A DNA stretch of 64,000 bases from Takakia lepidozioides (taxonomy: Eukaryota > Plantae > Bryophyta), in contig CM060732.1 in NCBI GenBank assembly GCA_030704615.1, positions 43,400,001 through 43,464,000 on the forward strand. The letters are read 5' to 3'. Below are positions 47,658-58,900 of the stretch, in pieces. Position 1 is the stretch's first letter. The number at the start of each line of letters is the position of its first letter. Under the pieces are notes generated by a model, which was not told the origin of the DNA, searched no databases, and worked only from the letters and a program-made list of their open reading frames with translations. The position numbers and the translations under genes are program-made.

Positions 47658-49096
47658 TTATTACACGCCGTTGTTGGCTGACAGTGGGTTATCCAATGGC
47701 TGGGTACTGTCGAAGGAGAGTTAAATGGAAAAGGCCCGGGAGTTGAATGCCTACAGTATTGAGCCAGGCGCAATCTGACCTCTGTTCTATAGCTTTCACT
47801 ATCGTCACTTTTAGCGCCACCATCAGTACGTATGCTCGTGGCCTGTGACATTAAATGGACATGAACCTTTCAAGACAAACGATGAAATGAAGACATGCAA
47901 CTTCAGATGGACTTCAACATATTCAAGATAAATTGGAGCTCTACTTCAAAAATACCTTGCCATGGATCATAGCCAGGGGCTAATGGTGTGCCTTCCTCCA
48001 TCCCAACGCCCTCCCTTCGCCTGGTTATCGTGATGCGGGCCTCAATACATGTTTCCTGTAGCATTAGCTTTTCACATATCCAGATGAAGTGTGAGAATGC
48101 AGCCTGCATGTTGGTAGCATCTTCCCTCCTGCATATTCCTACAGGCCTTCTGAAACTAGGTAGGGATTACAAAGCCACAAGGCCATGGCAAATATTGATT
48201 GTCATGGTTCTCTTTCCTTGAAAACACCACTGCGCTGTACATGTCTATCTGGATACTGTTTGCATGCAGACTATGAGAGTTGCAATAGTACTGGTACACA
48301 CCCGTGACACTATATCATGCGGATCACAAGGCTCCACATCCGGTGGCTCGCTAACTGCAACACCAAACAAGTCTCTCCCCATAACTTAGAAGCCTTCTCT
48401 CCCTTTCAATCATGCCCTCTGCTGGTCCAGGTGCTCTAATTGGCCTTGTATTTGTTCTCTTCCCACCTAAAATGGCATGTGCTGTGCTTACAGATAGGGC
48501 AGCTGTCCTCTTTCTCGAAGAACGGTTGTGGGTTCCGCCAGGTCAAACTGGAGGCATTTACATAGGCCTCTCATTTTAAGATAATAGGGTCTTCAATGGG
48601 CACGTGCGATGTGGCCGGTGGACCCCACGCACGGACGCCCGGCTCCCCAGCACCCCGCCCGCCCCACCCGCGCCCCGTCCGCCGCGCGGCCAGTCCCCCA
48701 CCCATGAGTCCGCTGCCCTCCAGTCTGCCAGTCCACTGCTGGCCAGTCGGCAAGTCCTCCCCCTTCTACTTCTACTTTCTTCTCATGTTCCTTGTGCGAT
48801 CGACTCCATTCTCTTCGCGCCTGTTTCTTGGCACTGTTTTGTTTTCCTCTTTGCGTTTCCATCACCGTAACGAAAGACGGCCGTTCTTCCCCAGGTGTGG
48901 AAAGTCGCGGTGAGCCGCGAAGCGTCGCAAACACGCTCGCCTTCGTAACAACTCGAAGTTCATCGGCTCGGTGAGGTTCTCACTTGCTACGGTGTTTCCA
49001 TTCCATTCTGTGTCATCTTCTTGCTTAGGGTGAGTCTTTTCATAGGACTTCTATCTGTCGCTCATTGTCCTTGCACCCTCATTTCATTCTGCAGCG

Positions 49097-52000
49097 ATGG
49101 AGGATGCTTGTGAAAAGAGTGGAGCGGACTGGGTGGACTTTGTGCACCAAACCAGACTGAAGAAGGAGCAAAGGTACTGGTACTCACCAGACGAGTTCGA
49201 TCATAAAATAGTGGAAGCATTTGTAGACCTCCGTGCCCGAAAGCCCAAAAACTCGAATTGGCATAAGGACAAGCTCTTCTGTCCCTTTTGTGAAGAGGTT
49301 ATCAAGGACAAAATCCAACTAAATCGGCATTGTGTTGACACGGGTTGCAAGGAGACTGTTGCAATGATTCCACGGGATTTCAAGCCTTGGCCGATACTGA
49401 AAGAAATGTCGATTGTCAAAGAGGCCACAATGCGCTTGCGCGGATCAGTGCTTGACCCCCGCACTTTGGAGTTAGACGAAGTGCGCGCACGGTATGGCGT
49501 CCATTCAGGTGGCCCGTCAATGGAGGATTTGCAAGTGCAGGGAACGCCGGACGCTGCCAGAAAACGTAAACTGAGTGATGGGGCCCAAAAAAAGGAGAGG
49601 CAAAAAAAGGAGAAGGCTGCAAGGTTTGCTCGCGAGGCAAGGGCAAAATCCACGCAACAGACTGAACCCCGTTCTGGGCGGCAGACCCACACCTTCAGTA
49701 CTGATATTGAAAGTGAATCTGCTCAGGGCGGGCAAACCATTATCCGGAATGATGACTTCGAAGGCCTGGAAGGGGTGACAAGTCCAGTGGACATTGACTT
49801 GCCTGACCAGACTCGGCAGCAGACTCACACAAATATTGCGACCCATGCCAGAGGTTTAGGGTCAAAACCAAAAACTCAACAGAGCACTGAAGGGCCAGTC
49901 TGTCCTGACACATTGCGCCTCGTTGACTTTGGGCTTTTCCCACCAGAGTGTCCACCAATTGGGGATCCAGACATCTTCCGTTATTTCTACAGAGTTCCCC
50001 ACTCAGGTCTGCTACGCACATTCATCTGACAGGCGGAACAGATTTGGTTGAACAACTTTGAAGATGAAGATGAAGATGACGATGATGAAGTAGAGGAGGT
50101 AATGGTCAGTCTGACCGCCCAGTCTGTTCTCTGTGATGTTTGAGTCCATCATCGGGGTCACGTTGCCTATTTAGTCTGGTCAGTCCGTTGCGTTCTCTCC
50201 TCAGTCCGCTGGCTCACTCCGCTCGTCAGTTAGTCTGTTTTATATCGCTACATTACTTACTGAGTCCGTTTGTCAGTCTGCTGGTACAGTCTACTAGTTG
50301 CCTCGACCCTATGTACGCACGTTACGTTTGTCAGTCTGCTGGTCTGTGAGTCCAGTCCGCTGCATGAGGTGAATATAGAGTCCACGTCCATGTTCCTGAC
50401 GTCCAAGTTCTCTGCCGTGTACTAGGATGAACATGTTTCTATTCGTAGGGCCATTCAGGCTTGGCGGATACCTAGCAATGATGCTCCTTTACAAGCGACT
50501 GCAGTGCGTGCGGAAGTGGACCGCGTGCGAGAGTACATATTATTGAAGTATCCTGGGTCATCTGCTGTTATAGCGGCATTACATATTCAAGACGCATCGG
50601 GGGGGGAATGCGTCTGGGACAGCCGAGTCTGCCATCCAGCAGACTCCCACTCAGCAGGCCGTCATCCAGCAGACTGCCGTTCAGCAGCCTGTCATCCAGC
50701 AGACTCCTCTCCAGGAGCCCATCATGCAGCCCATGCCAATGGGAAGTCCTGTCATCCAACAGACTGCGGACCAGCAGACTGACCAGCAGACTGCCTTTCT
50801 CTCACATAACACGGCGCTTTTTGCAGTTTGGCGATCGCCATCACCGGTAATTCGACCCGGAGCTGAAAACCTCACACTTCCCCGGCTTAGGGTGGGAGAA
50901 ATTAATCCCCATTTGGATTGGCATAATGAGCTCCACCGGATTGTTGCGGACCGCTGGTGGTCATTTGTACCCTTTCATTATTCCATGGAGTTTACTATTG
51001 AGGAAGCCAACCATGTTCTGGAAGCCGCCTCTGTTGTTTCCATTGAAGCCACAAACGTCTAAAATGCGCCGCCTCTACTTGTGCAGCTGATTCTCATGGA
51101 TGACCCACGGCCTGAAGACCTCAGACATATGCCTATGGCACATCCAACCTTTGGGGTGCAAAGAAAGCACTTGTTCGGATTGACTGAGGAGGACTTTGAG
51201 CGCATGGCAGCTTCCTTCCTACAACACAGATGGATGCAATTTGGCAATTTCCGATCATACAACAAGTTGATGAAGGATCTGCATAGTTTGAGGATGGACT
51301 TACTCCATGGAACAGACCATTCACAGAAGTTTGTGGTGGATGACGCATTGCACTGGTTTGCATTGGTGATGGAACGAGCAGTATTCGACATTGTTTTGCA
51401 GAATTCCAATGTCTTCAAAGTCCTGTGGTGTGGGATCCCAACTGAAGACCGCATCGGCGCCATTGCTCATCTCGATGGAGCATGCCTGTGCCGGCAAATC
51501 AAGGACATTGGCCCCGTCGGAAATCTCTTGAAAGGTAAAATGTTATGGGCAACTTTCGTGTTTCAACTCAATTTCTTTTGCCAACTTTTTTAGAAGTTCA
51601 CATTTGCATAAACATGTGTTGCAGGGCGAGTTGATCTAGGAGACAAGCAAGTGCATGCTGCTTTCGATTCTTTTGCCAGAGGTGCAAGAGACCTTGTCCT
51701 GGCTTTACAAGGAGTTCGAGAGACTGTCCAGCAGACTGGCCACAAGAATGTCCAACAACATATTCCCCACGACACATGTGGGCAGACTGCCCAAGTGCTG
51801 GAGACCGAGCATGTGCACCAGACCATCCTGGGTAATAGGCCGGATCACTCCCAGCAGACTGCCCCGCACACACATACTCAGTATGTGTAAACAGTACTGA
51901 GCGGGCAGTGAACTTTGCAGACTTTGCAGCAGACCGGAGAACAGACCGGCCAACAAACTACCCCTCAGCCGACTGTGCAGCAGACCAGCAAACATGGCCA

Positions 52001-52998
52001 CCAGACTGCCCCTCAGCAGACTGTGCAGCAGACCATGCAGCAGACCGACGAATCCAGCCAGCAGATTGCCCCTCAGCAGACTGTGCAGCACACTGGCGAA
52101 CCCACCCAGCAGATGGCCGAGCAGACTATCTAGGAGACTAACAGCCAGTATGTTCCCTGGATTGTGCAACATACGCGGATGCACTGGCCTCACCGGGACC
52201 CTGTGGATGAATTTCTGCCGAGTTCCCAACAACATGTTTTTGGATCTGCCAGTATGAGTGTTTTCACCGAGTCCACTTTTCCCCCAGGCACATTCACTGA
52301 CGACATCATCAGGTCACCGGTAAAGCATTTTTATGCAGCTCCCCGTGGCCTGCCTTCTATGACCTTCCAGCTTAGTCCCGTTTTCGTGCGCTCAGTGACG
52401 AAAGCCATAGATGAGTCTTACGTGATGACTGAACTCAATCTGGGAATGCAAAACTGTATCATAGATCTTACAGAAGAGTCTGAAGAAGCAATTGCCGGTG
52501 GGTCTTCCATACATGTTCTTGATGTTTCCCAAGTCCATGGAGATCCGAACACCCAGCCGGCTGTCCACCAGACTGACCAGCACACTGAACAGTCGACACA
52601 TGGAAGGACTGCCGAGCAACCTGTGGCGGGGCAGCATACTGTCTTCATTGATGAGCAGACTGAACCGCAGACTAACCAGCAGACTGCACAGGTCACAGAT
52701 GGAAGGACTGACCAGGATGGCTCGGAGCGGCAGACTGCACAGCTCAGCTCTGACTGATCAGTTCCGACTACACGGCCTGACCAGCACACTGCACACTTCA
52801 CAGATGGAAGGACTGACGACCAACCTGCCACCGAGCACACTGCCCACATTGAGGAAGAGACTGAACCGCAGAGTTGCCAGCAGACTACACAGTTCACAGA
52901 CGAAAGGACTGACGAAGGCGGCCGAGCAGACTGCCCACATTGAGCAACAGACTGAACATGCGGGCAGACACACTGACAAGGAACCACATGCGGCGTAG
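49097..52998 (+). CDS. Uncharacterised multi-exon gene(s), with an N-terminal C2HC zinc-finger-like motif and Gln/Thr-rich repeats; several lesions
   Basis: FCPFCEEVIKDKIQLNRHCVDTGC in ORF 49097-50029; coding-like ORFs 50724-51062, 51081-51593 and 52164-52757; QQT repeats. Confidence 0.5.
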
Positions 52999-53146
52999 AC
53001 ACCGTCTAGTATAGCGCTGGATTACATGGAGTCTGCTCCCTCACCCCTTGGGCAGGTTGTGCCATTTCCTCTTTCAGCATTGTTGTGTATGTTTTAGCAC
53101 ATTGTAAAATTGGGCTAATTTGCCATTTTGCTCGGTATCCTCACAG

Positions 53147-54844
53147 GATGTTCGTCCCTCCGTCGGCAGACTGTCTACTTCTGAGGACATGACATCTTCC
53201 GCCCATGCTGCAAATGTGGGATCGACAACCAAGAAAGGTGTGGGAGTGAGCACGCCCCCCGATGCGCGGGTCAGTTCTACGCATGCGACCCACAAAGCTG
53301 CAAAGACAGGTCCAGCAAGTGTAAACAAACCTGCTGACCAGCCTCTGTTGCTAAGTAGGGCGGCAGCGCTGCGTTTTTCTGCTCTATCCAACCCGCCTAC
53401 AGCTGTCCCTGCTTCCCAGGGGAGAGGCAAAGCCAAGAAGCGGACTGTCGTGGACCATGCTGAGGAGGTCGATGAGGGTCCGAGTACCAAGAGACCGGCA
53501 AAGAAAAAGTCTGGCGTCTTTATGAACAAGAACCGCAAGCTGGCCTTGGACATGGACAAAGATGTGGGTCGTTTCCTGGAGCAGCACAGGTGAGTACTAC
53601 GCTCAGTCTCCTCGTCTGTCTTTGTCGTTAAGTGCTTTGCGCTCTGTTGTGGTCAGTCTGCTCGCTGGTCAGTCTGCTGCTGGTTTCATCATTGTCTGTT
53701 GTGGTTAGTCTTGTCAGTCTGATGAACTGTTCAGCCTATAGAGTGTTTGGTACCATGTTGACGTCAGTCTGTTCAGTACATGAGGCTTCCCGAAGGATGG
53801 TCTGCTCTGTGCAGGATGGGTGTTCGGTTTGGCAAAGCACATGCTCTGCACGTCAAGGCGGGTAATTCCATGCTGATGTTTTTTGAAGGGGACCCACGGT
53901 TTGAATGCGGACTGTCACCGGATGACATAAAGGCGCTCCAGAAGGTTGAGTCAGAGTGCATAGATAGACTCATGGAGCTGTGGTGTCGATTCTATGAGAA
54001 GTCGGTTGAGGCTGCGTTCACTAACACTATTGTTGTTCTTCCAACGTCGACGTGGACGGTGTTGAAGTCATTGGGGGTGGGGCAACGTGAAAGCCTTCTG
54101 GAGGTCTTGAAAGGTTGCCTCAGCACTGAACGACTGGGCAAGGACTTGAAAGAGTGCAATTTCATTTTGGTGCCAATTGGGGACGAGTAAGAACTCTTCT
54201 GAGTCTGCTGAGACTGTCTCCTGAGTCATAGTCTGGTTTCGCAGTGTCATCTTGACTCTGAGCGATTAAGTTGACCTCTGTATTTGTGTAGTGGACTGGG
54301 TTAGAAGATTGAGTCTGCTAAGTGCTGAATCTGCTGAGTGGTTGGTCTGCTGAGTGTCAGTCTGCTGAGTCTGCCCATCAAGATTGTGCAATGACGCCAT
54401 GTTGTTTGATACCATTGCAGGGGGCACTGGAGTGTTTGTATCATCGACCTCCACAAGGGCTGTTACACTCACCTGAACTCTATCAGGGACTCGCATAGTT
54501 GTCCCTTTGTTCTAGGGTGGAGTCGGAAGCTTCATGCTGAGTGCTTAGGGTACTTGATGGACTCACCGGAGTGGCATGAGATTGTCCAAGCATTTCAGTT
54601 CCACGCGCCTGATGTGCCCCAGCAACCATTTAGCTGGGAGTGTGGCTTTTACATCATGTCATTCATTCAAGTGTTTTATGAGTGGGTAAAAGTCAGAGGA
54701 AATGTCTCCAAGACTACAAAGCCAGAGAGAGGAACACCTTTCACGAAGGACTGGTTTACTTTCAAGTTTGCACTTGGGCAGCGAATGCAGTGTGCCCAGT
54801 ATATCGTGCGGGGGTTGGACAATGTAGAAAAACCGCTCTCATGA
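53147..54844 (+). CDS. Ulp1/SENP-like (peptidase C48) SUMO protease, multi-exon
   Basis: ECIDRLM..; FILVPI then next exon GHWSVCIIDL..HLNS..; DVPQQPFSWECGFYIM (catalytic H, Q and C; the usual Asp appears as Asn). Confidence 0.75.
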
Positions 54845-55917
54845 GTATGATGTACTTGTCCTGTGAAGTCTATGTACCAAAATAAAAAATGCGAGTCTTT
54901 TCGCTTACTATTCCAGTGGTGATGAGCACTTTTGTGTACTGTGGGTGCTGGCATGTTTTGTAATGTTGTCATTAAACTCAATGGACACAATGGTGTCAAT
55001 TTTTCCATGCACTGTGCACCCGAGTCTGCTGAGTTTGAATGTGCGAGCAGTACGCTGCCGAGGCTAGGACTGGTGGGTCTGGTACCTAGTCTGGTAGGCA
55101 CCATGTCCATAAGTCCGCTGGGACGCTGGATTGGCATGAGTCGTTAGGGAGGTAGTCCACTGGAGCCTATCCATTTTGAGTCTGTTGTTGTGGATGAGTC
55201 TGCTTGAGACTTAGTCTGTCCAGGGATGCCTCGGCGTGAGCCTGGTCACGTGAGCGCGTGAGCGCGACTGCGCTCACGCCACGTCACCTTGCGCAAATGC
55301 CACGTCACGGGGCTCAGTCCACGTCATCACACGTGGAGGCCGAGTCACCACGCACCCAGAAAGAAGTGGAGTGTATTCCCGCGGATTGGCACCCTTTACC
55401 GCAGAAACAAGCTGGACGACATAATAAAAGGCATTGAATAAATGATGGATGAATGTACAGTTGGATGATAAACAGATGGATGAGTTTGAAAAATCTATGT
55501 AGATGGATGAATGACGGATGGATAAGAGTAAAATGGATGAATGTATAATGGATGTTGAGCAATGACAAAAATTCATGACAGGAAGATGCATGACCAAATC
55601 TTTTGACGAATGCACAAAGTATATGAAATGAGTGTGGAAGGTTTGTGGGGTGGATTAAAGAGTACAGAGGATGAATGTACAATGGATGTTGTACAAAGGA
55701 AGCTTTCATGAATGGAGCACGCATGAATACAGTGTAGATGAATGCACAATGGATATGAGAAGAGTCAGGAAGGTTTGTGAGATGGATTCATACATATAGC
55801 AATTTAAACGAAAGTTGATTCTGTGATTATTATTTGTTCTAAAGGAACAACTACGGTAGAGTAAGGGGATTCAACGTTTTCCAGATAATATGAAAATGAA
55901 TATTAAAAGAATACAGT

Positions 55918-58900
55918 TCAGTCTGACTCAGAGTCAGTACAATGTATCCCCTCTTCCTCTGCATCTAAGTCTAAGTATTTTAGAACACCGGATCCACGCT
56001 GGATACACCTACGGCTGGCCACTAAAAAGTCAGGGGATAGGGACTCGGACGCGTGAAGTGCCATTGCTTCGGCATAAACAGGGAGCAGAAAATTGGAAAG
56101 GGGGCTGTCGAAAACAGACTCGCCAGAAATGACTGTATCTCCTGAAGATCCACCGCTGGCTTTCCTGAAAGACAGCCTGAAAAAGTTATTACTGTAACTT
56201 TGATGTTATCGAGAAATTGAGTATGACTCCCAAAGAGGGTTTAGCACTTACTCACATGAAAAGTCGTTGTCGACCTGCTTATCTTCGGGATCGTCATCAT
56301 TTCGAATATGAATCCGATCAGTCTGTGTGCCTGAAGTGGAGCCAGACAAAAGGGGGAGGAGCACTGTGTTGTAGAGGTCAGAATCACCCTCCATACCAAA
56401 AAGGCTTCTTCCGCCTGCCTTGCATGCGTGGTAAGTTGCTCCTGCACCAGACAGGAGAACATAAACAGTTTGGAGGAGGGGATTTAAGCAGATGAAACTG
56501 TTGAAAGGAAACCAATTCGGAAGGGAGAAAACGAACCTGTGGACACAGAAAGATCGACCACCCGTGCAGAGCGGTGGCTGCATGACTCCAGCAGTATTTG
56601 CATGAATGCTGGTGACTTTTCCTTTGCACCTCTCCAGGGAGTGCCATCTGGTCTCTTCAGAGTCTGACTGGACTGCATGAAGTTGTACAAAATGTCATCG
56701 ACATGGGGCTCATAGGGGGGGTTGACGAAACAACCCTGGTCAGAAATCTCAAAGCTGCGGATGGAGGATGGTGTCTTTGATGTGCGAATCCTCCGCAGGC
56801 AGATCGCCTCGAACATCCTCGTCTGCCAAAGATAGCAGGTTAGTGTGGTAAACACAATCTAAAGTGGAAGTGTGTACATCGGCTATTCAGAACTCTGACA
56901 CCAAAAAACCATGAATCGTTGATGATCGGTGTCGATCATAAAACATTCTACTAGAGTGGAGCTGCAGAGAAAATTGAAACTCATGATCAAAGCATAAGCA
57001 GAAGGCAGACGGCATACCAGCTGACCAGGGAAACCCCCTTTCACAAGGTAGAGGCTGTTCACACAATTCCATGTGCGCAAAACTTCAAACCCTGAAGACT
57101 TGAGGTATGATGCCAATGCCCGACGACTATCATTGTCACATGACTGAAAAAGCAGAAGTGTCCCTGCATCAGAGAGGAAATTGTTACAGAACCCGAATAC
57201 CCAACTCCAGTAGTTGTCCTCGAATTTGTTCCACCCTGGCGTCTTGCCCTTTGGAAGAACTTCTGGCACAGCCTGGCCATCCGGGATGTCGAGAATGACA
57301 ATGTCGGCCGCATAAGTTTTCTGCACACCGCACACGAAGGTGGGACCTGTGCTCACCTGCAACAGACATGTTTTTTATAAGAACGATGGCAAGAATGTTT
57401 TCAAAGAACGAGACTGAAATACTGCCAACGAAACATTCAGAGAAAAAGGAAAGAAACTGGAATTCTCACCAGATTGAGGAATGAGATTATATTGTCCCAG
57501 GTAGGGGATGGCACCCCAGTGTATCCTCTCTTTCGACTCTGCATCATCGAAAGCCAACCCTCATTAACAATTTTCATCTCTCCTGCTGAATCAGAACGGG
57601 AAGGGTGTGGCTTGGCATCGAACACGCACTGAAGAGTGCGGGTATATCTTCCAGCACTAAAGTCCTGCCCACTCTCCATCTCCTTTTCATTCTCCTTCCC
57701 CTTGTCCTTTTCCTTCTCTTTGGACTTGTCTTTGTCCTTTGGCTTTGCTGGTGAGATGGCTATGACATCAACAGCCTTGTCTTTTGGTTTGCGGCCCGCC
57801 TTCTTTCCCTTCTGCGGCGTTCCCTGAGCATCAGGCTCCTTGGCAGCCAAGGTTGCTATGTTTCGTTGATACTCTTCGTCAGTCAAAGGCGCCAGCATCT
57901 CAGCGTTATTGTTCAAGTATTTCATATGCTGTTCTTGAAAGGTCGTGTGCTCAGGTGGGCAGTCAAGGTACCACCCACAGTCTCTGAAGTGAGAAGGACT
58001 CCAGTCCTTCAATATCCCTGCAGTATACATGGTTGGATCGTTTGCAGGGTCCGACCACATGTCAAGATAGTCGGGAATTCCGCTCAGGTGATTTCCTTCC
58101 ATAAGCACATATTTCGTGTACCTGAAAAAAGGAGATGAATCCCAACCCACAAAAGCGCTCAGTGAGTAAGATGCAAGTAGAACAGAAAGAATAAAACATG
58201 GATTGAAATGGCTCTGACAACTGCTCCAAGGACCTTTCAGGACCACACTACTGCTCCAGATATGAATGTCGTCAACGCCATTCAGAACATTCCATTCCAT
58301 GACACTGTAAATACATCCTAATCCAGGTGAATGCAAATAAGCGATTAGAAATGACACAGACATAGAAGTGAATGTCGTCAACGACATTCAAGAATGAAGC
58401 CAAATTATTACTGAAATGAAGCAAAATCACAGGATGGAAATAAAAAAATTGAGTAAGGAACCATCCAGGAAAACTCAATGCACATTCATAACGAACCTAT
58501 CACTGAGGACCTCACAACATCACTGTATGTGAATGGCGTCAACGCCATTCACAAAAATACAAAAAAGAAACCAATTACTTAGCTCCCCAATCCATGAAAA
58601 TTGAATTTGTCGCTTTTGAATAATACAGACACAGCTGTGAATGTCGTCAACGACATTCACTTTGGATTTCTTAAAACAGAGCTTATCAAGCCTCCATATT
58701 CATCGCAAGAGGAAAAAACAATGCAGAACAACTGAATGTCTGCATTGACATTCAGCAAAATGAAGTGATCAACCCTCATTGTAACCTCTATGGACATTAC
58801 AAAAATTTAAATAACCTTGAGGACCACACAACAACTCCGTATGTGAATGTCGTCAACGCCATTCAAGGACATTATCAATTCTAATCAGGGACAATATAAT

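Larger units (their letters stand above)
48586..55221 (+). mobile_element. Element D: probable DNA transposon arm with zinc-finger/QT-repeat gene(s) and a Ulp1 protease; right part interrupted by or contiguous with element C
   Basis: GC-rich end region 48590-48750; multi-exon genes on +; pervasive CAGACT/AGTCTG motif; boundaries approximate. Confidence 0.5.

Noticed and set aside
47903-48221. Short ORFs between the MITE and element D
   Set aside because: No motif recognised; cannot support a gene call.
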